Part shown: positions 9,243 through 19,235 of the stretch, piece after piece | How the letters are laid out: every line of letters begins with the position of its first letter | Numbering within the stretch: position 1 is the stretch's first letter | Sequence record: OP870145.1 | Length of the DNA stretch: 64,000 nucleotides | From: Escherichia phage vB_Eco_F26 | Direction: 5' to 3' (one strand) | The notes under the pieces: model-generated | Told to the model about the DNA's origin: nothing | Database searches by the model: none | The model's input: the letters and a program-made list of their open reading frames with translations, nothing else | Program-made: the position numbers and the translations under genes

Positions 9243-9868
9243 TATAGTAACTCAAAGAACTCTTTGAGGCCTCTTATTACGTGAGCATGGGTTTTTCCAC
9301 ACTCTGGACACTTAATTGGAACAGCCAAATAAACGGTAGGTTTTAAAAGCATATCTTTTATAGCTACAATATCTGACTCTGTGATGATAGAATATAAATC
9401 TTCTAGTTCCTTTTCATTTAAGTCTTCAACTGGAATGCTTTCCCCGTTAGCATGAATCGTTTCTATACATGATACTATCATGTGGGCTATATTTTTATCA
9501 TCAAAAATTTTAGGGTAATGGAATTTAATTTTAATGTCACCCAGTGTATACCAGAGGTCTTCTGGTGCATCTATTTGTGTATGTAATAGATTTATATGGG
9601 TTGGTATTTCAGTTCCACAGGTGCACTTCCAGGAGTTTTCGTGATTAACTTCACCAAGAGAATGTGCCCATAAATGAATCAACAATAGTTCTGATTCTTG
9701 GCGGTTTAAATCTTTTGCATTTGTGCAGTCTTTGATTAGCTTTTTAACAATTACTTCTACAGAACCATTATTTTTGGCAGTAATAAGTTCTAGATATTCT
9801 TTAAGCGTGAATGCGCGACAATTGATTATTTTAGAACCAACTCTCACATCAAATTTGTATTCATACAT
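9242..9868 (-). CDS. 26: baseplate hub subunit gp26
   Basis: 208 aa; T4 synteny. Confidence 0.85.
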   Translation of the reverse strand: MYEYKFDVRVGSKIINCRAFTLKEYLELITAKNNGSVEVIVKKLIKDCTNAKDLNRQESELLLIHLWAHSLGEVNHENSWKCTCGTEIPTHINLLHTQIDAPEDLWYTLGDIKIKFHYPKIFDDKNIAHMIVSCIETIHANGESIPVEDLNEKELEDLYSIITESDIVAIKDMLLKPTVYLAVPIKCPECGKTHAHVIRGLKEFFELL

Positions 9869-9889
9869 ATTTAGCTCCTTTATTTATCA

Positions 9890-9901
9890 TATTTATAAAT
9901 A
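9890..9901. promoter_or_regulatory. divergent overlapping late promoters (TATAAATA on both strands) for genes 26 and 51
   Basis: tatttataaata palindrome-like sequence between divergent starts. Confidence 0.55.
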
Positions 9902-9918
9902 GAATAAAAGGAGCATCT

Positions 9919-10668
9919 ATGGCAAACATTATTCGTTGTAAATTACCAGATGGTGTTCATCGTTTTAAACCATTTACGGTAGAAGATTATCGAGATTTTT
10001 TGTTAGTTCGAAACGATATAGAACATCGGTCACCACAAGAACAAAAAGAAATAATTACTGATTTAATTGATGATTATTTTGGAGACTATCCGAAGACTTG
10101 GCAACCATTTATATTTTTGCAGGTATTTGTAGGGTCAATAGGTAAAACAAAAGTACCAGTCACATTCGTATGTCCAAAATGTAAAAAAGAAAAGACAGTT
10201 CCATTTGAAATATATCAAAAAGAATTAAAGGAACCTGTTTTTGATGTAGCTAATGTTAAAATTAAATTAAAGTTTCCTTCTGAGTTTTATGAAAATAAAG
10301 CAAAGATGATTACTGAAAATATTCATTCTGTTCAAGTAGATGAAATATGGTATGATTGGAAGGAAATTAGCGAATCAAGTCAAATAGAACTTGTTGATGC
10401 CATCGAGATAGAAACATTAGAAAAAATTCTCGATGCAATGAATCCTATTAATTTAACTCTACATATGTCATGCTGTAATAAGTACATTAAAAAATACACT
10501 GATATAGTAGACGTGTTTAAGCTATTAGTTAACCCAGATGAAATATTTACTTTTTATCAAATTAATCACACACTCGTAAAAAGTAATTATAGCTTAAATT
10601 CAATAATGAAAATGATTCCTGCTGAGCGCGGATTCGTATTAAAACTGATTGAGAAGGATAAACAATAA
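9919..10668 (+). CDS. 51: baseplate hub assembly catalyst gp51
   Basis: 249 aa; T4 synteny. Confidence 0.85.
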   Translation: MANIIRCKLPDGVHRFKPFTVEDYRDFLLVRNDIEHRSPQEQKEIITDLIDDYFGDYPKTWQPFIFLQVFVGSIGKTKVPVTFVCPKCKKEKTVPFEIYQKELKEPVFDVANVKIKLKFPSEFYENKAKMITENIHSVQVDEIWYDWKEISESSQIELVDAIEIETLEKILDAMNPINLTLHMSCCNKYIKKYTDIVDVFKLLVNPDEIFTFYQINHTLVKSNYSLNSIMKMIPAERGFVLKLIEKDKQ

Positions 10669-11843
10669 TGAGTATGTTGCAACGCCCAGGATATCCAAAT
10701 CTCAGCGTTAAATTATTTGATAGCTACGACGCTTGGAGTAATAATAGATTTGTTGAATTAGCTGCTACTATTACAACATTAACTATGCGGGATTCTCTTT
10801 ATGGCCGAAATGAAGGAATGCTGCAGTTTTATGATTCTAAAAACATCCATACAAAAATGGATGGAAATGAAATAATTCAGATTTCTGTAGCTAATGCAAA
10901 TGATATTAATAATGTTAAAACACGAATTTATGGATGTAAGCATTTTTCCGTGTCAGTAGATTCAAAAGGTGATAACATCATTGCTATTGAATTGGGAACT
11001 ATTCATTCTATAGAAAATCTTAAATTTGGTAGACCATTTTTCCCTGATGCAGGTGAATCTATAAAAGAAATGCTTGGCGTCATTTATCAAGACCGTACAT
11101 TATTAACTCCAGCGATAAATGCTATAAATGCTTATGTTCCTGATATTCCATGGACTAGCACATTTGAAAACTATTTGTCATATGTAAGAGAAGTTGCTCT
11201 AGCTGTAGGAAGCGACAAATTTGTATTTGTGTGGCAAGACATCATGGGAGTTAACATGATGGACTATGATATGATGATAAATCAAGAACCATATCCAATG
11301 ATTGTCGGTGAGCCATCTTTAATAGGTCAATTCATCCAAGAATTAAAATATCCATTAGCATATGATTTCGTTTGGTTGACTAAATCGAATCCTCATAAAC
11401 GCGACCCAATGAAAAACGCTACTATCTATGCTCATTCATTTTTAGATTCTTCATTGCCAATGATTACTACAGGAAAGGGAGAAAACTCTATTGTAGTGTC
11501 AAGGTCAGGTGCTTATTCTGAAATGACTTATAGGAATGGATATGAAGAAGCTATTCGTCTTCAAACTATGGCACAATATGACGGCTATGCTAAATGTTCT
11601 ACTGTCGGTAATTTTAACTTGACTCCTGGTGTTAAAATTATATTTAATGATAGTAAAAACCAATTTAAAACAGAATTTTACGTTGATGAAGTTATCCATG
11701 AATTATCCAATAATAATTCAGTAACTCATCTATATATGTTCACTAATGCAACGAAACTGGAAACAATAGACCCAGTTAAGGTTAAAAATGAATTTAAATC
11801 TGATACTACCACTGAAGAAAGTAGTTCTTCCAATAAGCAATAA
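10668..11843 (+). CDS. 27: baseplate hub subunit gp27
   Basis: 391 aa; T4 synteny. Confidence 0.9.
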   Translation: MSMLQRPGYPNLSVKLFDSYDAWSNNRFVELAATITTLTMRDSLYGRNEGMLQFYDSKNIHTKMDGNEIIQISVANANDINNVKTRIYGCKHFSVSVDSKGDNIIAIELGTIHSIENLKFGRPFFPDAGESIKEMLGVIYQDRTLLTPAINAINAYVPDIPWTSTFENYLSYVREVALAVGSDKFVFVWQDIMGVNMMDYDMMINQEPYPMIVGEPSLIGQFIQELKYPLAYDFVWLTKSNPHKRDPMKNATIYAHSFLDSSLPMITTGKGENSIVVSRSGAYSEMTYRNGYEEAIRLQTMAQYDGYAKCSTVGNFNLTPGVKIIFNDSKNQFKTEFYVDEVIHELSNNNSVTHLYMFTNATKLETIDPVKVKNEFKSDTTTEESSSSNKQ

Positions 11844-12321
11844 AGAAGTTTCTATTCCTAAAATGGGTCTTAAACATTATAACATTTTAAAGGATGTTAA
11901 AGGTCCTGATGAAAATTTAAAACTTCTTATTGATTCTATTTGTCCGAATTTATCACCGGCAGAAGTTGATTTCGTTTCTATTCATTTATTAGAATTTAAT
12001 GGAAAGATTAAATCTCGTAAAGAAATAGATGGCTATACTTATGACATTAATGATGTCTATGTATGCCAAAGATTAGAATTTCAATACCAAGGAAATACAT
12101 TTTATTTTAGACCTCCTGGAAAATTTGAACAATTTTTAACGGTGAGCGATATGTTATCTAAATGCTTGCTTAAGGTCAATGATGAAGTTAAAGAAATTAA
12201 TTTTCTTGAGATGCCAGCATTCGTTTTAAAATGGGCAAATGATATTTTTACAACTTTAGCAATTCCTGGCCCTAATGGTCCAATAACTGGAATTGGCAAT
12301 ATTATTGGATTATTTGAATGA
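11788..12321 (+). CDS. 28: baseplate hub distal subunit gp28
   Basis: 177 aa; overlaps 3' end of gene 27. Confidence 0.8.
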   Translation: MNLNLILPLKKVVLPISNKEVSIPKMGLKHYNILKDVKGPDENLKLLIDSICPNLSPAEVDFVSIHLLEFNGKIKSRKEIDGYTYDINDVYVCQRLEFQYQGNTFYFRPPGKFEQFLTVSDMLSKCLLKVNDEVKEINFLEMPAFVLKWANDIFTTLAIPGPNGPITGIGNIIGLFE

Positions 12322-14090
12322 AAAAGCCACAAGAAATGCAAACGATGCGTAGAAAAGTTATTTCAGATAATAAACCAACACAGGAAGCGGCTAAATCCGC
12401 TTCTAATACTTTATCTGGACTTAATGATATATCTACGAAATTGGATGATGCTCAAGCTGCCTCTGAATTAATAGCTCAAACTGTCGAAGAAAAATCGAAT
12501 GAAATAATTGGAGCAATTGATAACGTAGAAAGCGCAGTGAGTGATACTACTGCCGGTTCTGAGTTAATTGCTGAAACTGTCGAAATTGGCAACAATATTA
12601 ATAAAGAAATTGGTGAATCACTCGGAAGCAAATTAGATAAATTAACGAGTTTATTAGAACAAAAAATTCAGACAGCTGGAATTCAACAGACTGGGACTAG
12701 TTTAGCCACAGTTGAAAGCGCTATTCCTGTTAAAGTCGTTGAGGATGATACTGCTGAATCTGTGGGTCCTTTATTACCAGCTCCCGAAGCAGTTAATAAT
12801 GATCCTGACGCTGATTTTTTCCCTGCCCCTCAACCAGTTGAACCCAAACAAGAATCACCAGAAGAAAAACAGAAAAAAGAAGCATTTAACTTAAAATTAT
12901 CTCAAGCTTTAGATAAATTAACAAAGACAGTTGATTTTGGATTTAAGAAATCCATTTCAATTACTGATAAAATATCAAGCATGCTATTTAAGTACACCGT
13001 CAGTGCTGCTATTGAAGCTGCTAAAATGACTGCAATGATATTGGCTGTTGTTGTTGGAATAGACCTTTTGATGGTTCACTTTAAATATTGGTCAGATAAA
13101 TTTTCGCAGGCTTGGGATTTGTTTAGTACAGACTTTACTAAATTCTCTAGCGAAACCGGAACATGGGGTCCTTTATTACAGAGCATCTTTAGTTCTATTG
13201 ATGAAATTAAAAAGTTCTGGGAAGCGGGAGATTGGGGTGGATTAACAGTAGCTATTGTTGAAGGGCTTGGAAAGGTTCTTTTTAATTTAGGTGAACTTAT
13301 TCAGCTTGGAATGGCTAAATTATCTGCTGCAATTCTTCGAGTCATTCCTGGCATGAAGGATACTGCTGATGAAGTAGAAGGAAGAGCACTAGAAAATTTC
13401 CAAAATTCTACTGGAGCATCTCTCAATAAAGAAGACCAGGAAAAAGTTGCAAATTATCAAGATAAACGAATGAATGGAGACCTTGGTCCGATAGCAAAAG
13501 GATTAGATAAAATTGCTAATTGGAAAACTCGTGCATCTAATTGGATTCGTGGGGTTGATAATAAAGAAGCACTGACTACCGACGAAGAACGTGCAGCAGA
13601 AGAAGAAAAATTAAAGCAACTTTCACCTGAAGAAAGAAAAAATGCTTTAATGAAGGCTAATGAAGCCCGTGCCGCAATGATTCGCTTTGAAAAATATGCT
13701 GATTCAGCTGATATGAGTAAAGACTCAACGGTTAAATCAGTTGAATCTGCCTATGAAGACCTTAAAAAACGGATGGATGACCCGGATTTAAACAATTCAC
13801 CGGCAGTTAAAAAAGAACTTGCTGCTCGATTTTCTAAAATTGATGCTACTTATCAAGAGCTCAAGAAAAATCAGCCTAATGCCAAACCTGAAACTTCTGC
13901 TAAATCGCCAGAAGCGAAACAGGTCCAGGTTATTGAAAAGAACAAAGCACAGCAAGCTCCCGTTCAGCAAGCATCTCCTTCAATCAATAATACTAATAAT
14001 GTTATTAAGAAAAATACTGTCGTTCATAATATGACACCCGTAACGAGCACAACTGCTCCTGGTGTATTTGATGCGACTGGAGTTAATTAA
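12318..14090 (+). CDS. 29: baseplate hub / tail length determinator gp29
   Basis: 590 aa; coiled-coil rich tape-measure-like. Confidence 0.85.
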   Translation: MKKPQEMQTMRRKVISDNKPTQEAAKSASNTLSGLNDISTKLDDAQAASELIAQTVEEKSNEIIGAIDNVESAVSDTTAGSELIAETVEIGNNINKEIGESLGSKLDKLTSLLEQKIQTAGIQQTGTSLATVESAIPVKVVEDDTAESVGPLLPAPEAVNNDPDADFFPAPQPVEPKQESPEEKQKKEAFNLKLSQALDKLTKTVDFGFKKSISITDKISSMLFKYTVSAAIEAAKMTAMILAVVVGIDLLMVHFKYWSDKFSQAWDLFSTDFTKFSSETGTWGPLLQSIFSSIDEIKKFWEAGDWGGLTVAIVEGLGKVLFNLGELIQLGMAKLSAAILRVIPGMKDTADEVEGRALENFQNSTGASLNKEDQEKVANYQDKRMNGDLGPIAKGLDKIANWKTRASNWIRGVDNKEALTTDEERAAEEEKLKQLSPEERKNALMKANEARAAMIRFEKYADSADMSKDSTVKSVESAYEDLKKRMDDPDLNNSPAVKKELAARFSKIDATYQELKKNQPNAKPETSAKSPEAKQVQVIEKNKAQQAPVQQASPSINNTNNVIKKNTVVHNMTPVTSTTAPGVFDATGVN

Positions 14091-14098
14091 GGAATAAT

Positions 14099-15193
14099 AT
14101 GGCAATTGTTAAAGAAATAACTACTGATTTAATTAAAAAGTCCGGTGAGAAAATTTCAGCCGGACAGAGCACTAAATCAGAAGTAGTAACTAAAACATAT
14201 ACTGCCCAGTTTCCAACTGGGCGTGCTAGTGGTAATGACACTACAGGGGACTTCCAGGTAACAGATCTATATAAGAATGGATTATTATTTACTGCATACA
14301 ATATGTCATCTAGGGATTCTGGAAGTCTTAGATCGATGAGATCTAACTACTCTTCTTCATCTTCGAGTATTTTACGTACAGCTAAAAACACTATTAGTAG
14401 TACAGTATCAAAACTATCAAATGGATTAATATCAAATAATAATTCAGGAACAATAAGTAAAGCTCCTGTCGCAAATATTCTTTTACCGAGATCTAAATCT
14501 GATGTTGATACATCATCACATAGATTTAATGATGTTCAAGAAAGTCTTATCAGTAGAGGTGGAGGCACTGCTACCGGTGTGCTAAGTAATGTTGCTTCAA
14601 CTGCAGTATTTGGGGCGCTGGAAAGTATAACACAAGGTATAATGGCTGATAATAATGAACAGATTTATACGACAGCCAGAAGTATGTATGGTGGTGCTGA
14701 AAATAGAACTAAAGTGTTTACATGGGATTTGACTCCGCGTTCAACAGAAGATTTAATGGCTATTATTAATATCTATCAATATTTTAACTATTTTTCTTAT
14801 GGTGAAACGGGTAAATCTCAATATGCTGCTGAAATAAAGGGGTATTTAGATGATTGGTATCGTTCTACGTTAATTGAACCTTTATCTCCGGAAGACGCAG
14901 CTAAAAATAAAACACTATTTGAGAAAATGACAGCAAGTTTAACGAACGTTCTAGTAGTTTCAAACCCGACAGTTTGGATGGTGAAAAACTTTGGCGCAAC
15001 ATCTAAGTTTGATGGAAAAACGGAAATATTTGGTCCATGCCAAATACAGAGCATTAGATTTGATAAAACACCTAATGGTAACTTTAACGGATTAGCTATT
15101 GCTCCAAACCTCCCTAGTACATTTACTCTCGAGATTACTATGAGAGAAATTATCACGTTAAACCGTGCTTCTTTATATGCGGGGACTTTTTAA
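14099..15193 (+). CDS. 48: baseplate tail tube cap gp48
   Basis: 364 aa; T4 synteny. Confidence 0.85.
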   Translation: MAIVKEITTDLIKKSGEKISAGQSTKSEVVTKTYTAQFPTGRASGNDTTGDFQVTDLYKNGLLFTAYNMSSRDSGSLRSMRSNYSSSSSSILRTAKNTISSTVSKLSNGLISNNNSGTISKAPVANILLPRSKSDVDTSSHRFNDVQESLISRGGGTATGVLSNVASTAVFGALESITQGIMADNNEQIYTTARSMYGGAENRTKVFTWDLTPRSTEDLMAIINIYQYFNYFSYGETGKSQYAAEIKGYLDDWYRSTLIEPLSPEDAAKNKTLFEKMTASLTNVLVVSNPTVWMVKNFGATSKFDGKTEIFGPCQIQSIRFDKTPNGNFNGLAIAPNLPSTFTLEITMREIITLNRASLYAGTF

Positions 15194-16116
15194 TGTATTC
15201 TTTAGAGGAATTTAATAATCAAGCAATAAACGCAGATTTCCAACGTAATAATATGTTTAGCTGCGTTTTTGCAACAACTCCATCAACTAAAAGCTCTTCG
15301 TTGATAAGTTCAATTAGCAACTTTTCTTATAATAACTTGGGCCTAAATTCAAATTGGTTAGGATTAACTCAAGGTGATATTAATCAGGGAATTACCACGC
15401 TAATTACAGCTGGCACACAAAAACTGATAAGAAAATCAGGGGTTAGTAAATATCTTATTGGTGCCATGAGTCAACGTACAGTTCAAAGTTTATTAGGCTC
15501 ATTTACAGTTGGTACATATTTAATTGACTTCTTTAACATGGCATATAACTCATCTGGATTGATGATATATTCTGTAAAAATGCCAGAGAATAGATTATCC
15601 TATGAAACTGACTGGAACTATAATTCTCCTAATATTCGTATAACTGGAAGAGAATTAGACCCTTTGGTTATTTCATTTAGAATGGATTCAGAAGCTTGTA
15701 ACTATCGTGCAATGCAAGACTGGGTTAACGCTGTTCAAGACCCAGTAACTGGACTGCGTGCTTTGCCACAAGATGTCGAGGCAGATATTCAGGTTAATCT
15801 TCATTCTCGTAATGGATTGCCTCATACTGCGGTGATGTTCACCGGATGCATTCCAATATCAGTGAGCGGTCCTGAGTTATCATATGATGGAGATAACCAA
15901 ATAACTACATTTGATGTTACTTTTGCGTATAGAGTGATGCAGGCTGGAGCGGTTGATAGACAAGCTGCGCTTGAATGGCTTGAATCTGCTGCTATAAATG
16001 GTATTCAAAGCGTTCTCGGAAATAGTGGAGGTGTTACTGGACTATCTAATTCGCTTTCACGACTCAGTAGATTAGGGGGAACCTCAGGAAGCATTTCAAA
16101 TATTAGTATACTATGA
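15193..16116 (+). CDS. 54: baseplate tail tube initiator gp54
   Basis: 307 aa; T4 synteny. Confidence 0.85.
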   Translation: MYSLEEFNNQAINADFQRNNMFSCVFATTPSTKSSSLISSISNFSYNNLGLNSNWLGLTQGDINQGITTLITAGTQKLIRKSGVSKYLIGAMSQRTVQSLLGSFTVGTYLIDFFNMAYNSSGLMIYSVKMPENRLSYETDWNYNSPNIRITGRELDPLVISFRMDSEACNYRAMQDWVNAVQDPVTGLRALPQDVEADIQVNLHSRNGLPHTAVMFTGCIPISVSGPELSYDGDNQITTFDVTFAYRVMQAGAVDRQAALEWLESAAINGIQSVLGNSGGVTGLSNSLSRLSRLGGTSGSISNISIL

Positions 16117-16164
16117 CAGGGATTGTCAATTCGCAGAGTAAAATATTAGGAGCAATATAACAAT

Positions 16165-16182
16165 GGGGACCTTTCGGTCCCC
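16165..16182 (+). terminator. GC hairpin plus T-run after gene 54
   Basis: ggggacc-tttc-ggtcccc followed by atatttttattt. Confidence 0.55.
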
Positions 16183-16188
16183 ATATTT

Positions 16189-16479
16189 TTATTTACGGAA
16201 TGAAATGAAAGCAGAAACTGAAGCAACTAAACTGTCTTCAATATAAACTTCAATTTTTACCGGAGCTTCTGACTCAAATTTACCTGTTACTACACCCTGA
16301 AAAATACTTTCAGTCTGTTCTGGCTTTGAAAAATTTTCAGAAGGAAAAATTCCAAACTTTTTATCTGTTCCGAAAATTTTGATAAATTCATCATAAACTG
16401 CTTCATTAAAAGCATTATCAGCAGGAATAACGCCTTCAACTACAAGTTCTTGACCTAAAAAGCGTAAAGAAGATTTCAT
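16189..16479 (-). CDS. hypothetical protein downstream of alt
   Basis: 96 aa ORF; start preceded by promoter/stem-loop cassette. Confidence 0.5.
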   Translation of the reverse strand: MKSSLRFLGQELVVEGVIPADNAFNEAVYDEFIKIFGTDKKFGIFPSENFSKPEQTESIFQGVVTGKFESEAPVKIEVYIEDSLVASVSAFISFRK

Positions 16480-16484
16480 TTTGT

Positions 16485-16545
16485 GTTCCTCATGTTATGT
16501 CAGTAAGAATACTATAACACAACATGAGGGACTTGTAAACTACAT
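16485..16545 (-). repeat. PeSL-like cassette copy A: early promoter (GTTTAC -35) plus stem-loop sequestering SD
   Basis: 50/53 nt identical to copy at 28957..29012; 9-bp stem cctcatgtt/aacatgagg contains GAGG SD of downstream ORF. Confidence 0.6.
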
Positions 16546-16898
16546 TTTGAACTTTTTAGTACGCGTAATAGGCATGCGTCGATTTTATACTGTTTCATTG
16601 TTTGAAGAGCAGTATCAAAAACAGCATTAATGACACCAATTGGATTTCCACCCAAGTTTTTAAGCTTAACTAATGATAGTTTCTCATTAACACCTATCAT
16701 TACGATATGCATCATTTTGTCGCCTGGTTTAACGTTTTATCTGTATCACCGCCAGAGGTGTATGTACAAAATCTAAATCCAGGAAGCACGCTTTCTTCGC
16801 CGGTTTGAATAGCAAAAATTTGTGGTATTTTATGCTTAGGATTTAAGTTAACAACCGGCGCCGAAGCGCCGTCAAATAATTATGTAATAAGTTCCATG
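16545..16898 (-). pseudogene. decayed tandem duplicate of the alt 5' end (N-terminal ~130 codons)
   Basis: about 70% nt identity to alt 18540..18997; ATGGAACTTATTACATAA gives stop at codon 6; alt segment replaced by ggcgccgaagcgcc hairpin; residual 67-aa ORF 16512..16715 aligns to Alt residues ~63-125. Confidence 0.65.
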
Positions 16899-16900
16899 AT

Positions 16901-18997
16901 TTATCCTTGAACGAACTTGTAAGGCATGTTTGCAATATCTATGCAAGACGCAATAATTCCAAGAGATGATTCTACTTTCTGTTTAACATTTGATGAAACA
17001 AATGATGCAAAGTCAACTCTGTCTTCTATTTCAATATCACCTGTCATTGCAACTACTTCGCCAGTTTCCATTAGACGGTCACCGTCATAAATTACTGATT
17101 CGGTGAGTTCTTCCGTAGTCATAACTTCAGCTTGAATGAGTTTTGTATTATTAGATGTTGTTCCGTCATTATTAGAAGCATCAGTTATTTTATTAACTTT
17201 GACCATCAATCCGCGCGGTAGAATAACTTCAGCTTCTGTTGCTATTCCGAGACTTCCTGGATATACAACATTAACTTTATGAGCTCCATCAATTGCCCAT
17301 CCTATTTGAACTTTAACGTATTCAGGATTTTCTTTATACGCTCTTATTTCGTTTGGATTAATAGTTATTCCTTCTTCATTTTTATCAACTGTTAATTCAT
17401 TGCGAGCTTCTGGTTCTAAAAGACCGATACCAGCATGTGTAATTCCAAAACGTCCAAAAATGATAGGAGTTAAAGAAGTAGATACAAAATTTCTGAAATA
17501 GAACACTTTATTTTTAACTAGTGCTTCGTATATAGGAGCAGTCATGCTTTGAGCACGATAAACTGTAATGCCTTCTGGTATACGGTCACCATTTTCAAAA
17601 GCTGAATCTAAATTATTTATCGCAGATTCAATTTCTTTTTCACTCATTACATCATATCGTTCTGGATTGTAGCGGCCTAAAAGAAGATTATTGATGTCAG
17701 TATATCCTGATCCACAATATTCTCTAATGCCGCGCTTTTGTGATGGAGTATATTTAGAACCATCACGGGCAATAGTAATATCAATCATTGGACCTGCACC
17801 AATTCCAGAAAAACTATAAATCATTCGTTTGAGGAATTTAGTTTTTGCTGCGTTCCAGGAATTTTTAGTTATTTCTTCCCAGACTTCATCTGGCTGTCCT
17901 TTACGGGTTTTATTATGTTTATCAAGCCAATTATCTTTATATTCTTCAAAGAATTTATTAACAGCTGCTGCGTATTTCTCTAAACATTTTATTGAAGTAG
18001 TTGGTTCATTTTTAATCGCATTAAGAATTACATCTTTAATTTTTTCAGAAACTTCATCAACCTCACTTTTTGAAAAGAATTTATAGTCATAGTGAAGTTC
18101 ATTTGCAGTTCCTTCAGCAATAATTTTTGCTGCCTTAGTTTTAGAAGCTAATGAATTAATTCCAAGCTTCATTTCTTCTGCTTCGGGAATTAAAGGAGCG
18201 GTAGCAGGTTTATTAAAATTAGCTGCGGTAGATTCATACTTCTGGAATAATTCACTTTCAAATCTAGAAGATTCTAATGATTGACTTTGCGCAATTGCTC
18301 TACGGGAAATTTTAACTTTAACAATAACAGCTTGGTCAGAACGTTTATCATTTTCTTGTGCAATAGATGCTGCAATTGCCTCATTTTTAGTTACTTGAGC
18401 TCCGGTATCTTTATTGATATAAACATCGCCGACCTTCGATTCAACTTTAGTAAAGAGCTCGGTACTAATTTCCGGAACTCCTGGAATGTCTTCTAGTGAT
18501 ACATTTTTGCGATGTATAAGAATATATGCATACTTTTTATCATAATCCCAGAGTTCCTTAAGAAGGACGTATCTGCCGCCTGAACGACTACGGATAAGTC
18601 TATCAGCAATAACTTGAATTTGTCGAGCTTGACCAGCAGTTTTAGACTTAAGAATACGAAGCATACAGGCATCAATTTTATACTGACGCATTGTTTGCAT
18701 TGCAACAGTAAAAACTGAATTGATGTAATTAATTGGGCTTGGACCGAGACCTTTTAATTTAGCAATTGAACCTTTAGCAGTTAGTGTAAAAGGAACAATG
18801 TGCATCATTTTATCGCCCATCTTTAAATCACGGTTAGTATCACCTCCAGATGTATAGGTACATAAACGAAAGCCTGGTTGTTCAATTGCGTCATCAACAT
18901 GAACTGAAAAAATTTGCGGTATTTTCTTCTTTGGATTTAAGTTTGTAATCGGAAGAGTAGTATCTTCGTCAAATAATTCTGTAATTAGTTCCATCAT
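16901..18997 (-). CDS. alt: Alt ADP-ribosyltransferase (packaged head protein)
   Basis: 698 aa; T4 position between gene 54 and gene 30. Confidence 0.85.
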   Translation of the reverse strand: MMELITELFDEDTTLPITNLNPKKKIPQIFSVHVDDAIEQPGFRLCTYTSGGDTNRDLKMGDKMMHIVPFTLTAKGSIAKLKGLGPSPINYINSVFTVAMQTMRQYKIDACMLRILKSKTAGQARQIQVIADRLIRSRSGGRYVLLKELWDYDKKYAYILIHRKNVSLEDIPGVPEISTELFTKVESKVGDVYINKDTGAQVTKNEAIAASIAQENDKRSDQAVIVKVKISRRAIAQSQSLESSRFESELFQKYESTAANFNKPATAPLIPEAEEMKLGINSLASKTKAAKIIAEGTANELHYDYKFFSKSEVDEVSEKIKDVILNAIKNEPTTSIKCLEKYAAAVNKFFEEYKDNWLDKHNKTRKGQPDEVWEEITKNSWNAAKTKFLKRMIYSFSGIGAGPMIDITIARDGSKYTPSQKRGIREYCGSGYTDINNLLLGRYNPERYDVMSEKEIESAINNLDSAFENGDRIPEGITVYRAQSMTAPIYEALVKNKVFYFRNFVSTSLTPIIFGRFGITHAGIGLLEPEARNELTVDKNEEGITINPNEIRAYKENPEYVKVQIGWAIDGAHKVNVVYPGSLGIATEAEVILPRGLMVKVNKITDASNNDGTTSNNTKLIQAEVMTTEELTESVIYDGDRLMETGEVVAMTGDIEIEDRVDFASFVSSNVKQKVESSLGIIASCIDIANMPYKFVQG

Positions 18998-19030
18998 ATC
19001 CTCTCTAGTGTTTATTCTATTTATAAAATT

Positions 19031-19048
19031 AAAGGCCCGAAGGCCTTT
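19031..19048 (-). terminator. GC hairpin upstream of alt
   Basis: aaaggcc-cgaa-ggccttt. Confidence 0.4.
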
Positions 19049-19235
19049 AGTAATCTAGTGGTAAGAGAGTACGATATATTTCAAACTTTGGTCCTTTTTC
19101 ATAGGCATCAAATGCTTCTGTGAATTTATTATAAGCGTATGCATCTACAAATTCGAGAATGACTTGTGATACAGAAGTAGAAACATCTCCACCTTCTTTT
19201 TGAGCAATGACAATTGTTTCTAAGTAAGCTTTCAT
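19047..19235 (-). CDS. hypothetical protein
   Basis: 62 aa ORF, start overlaps gene 30 stop. Confidence 0.4.
   Translation of the reverse strand: MKAYLETIVIAQKEGGDVSTSVSQVILEFVDAYAYNKFTEAFDAYEKGPKFEIYRTLLPLDY

Noticed and set aside
16512-16715. 67-aa ORF as a functional gene
   Set aside because: It is an in-frame remnant of the alt N-terminus within a decayed duplicate that has an upstream nonsense codon; called as pseudogene.
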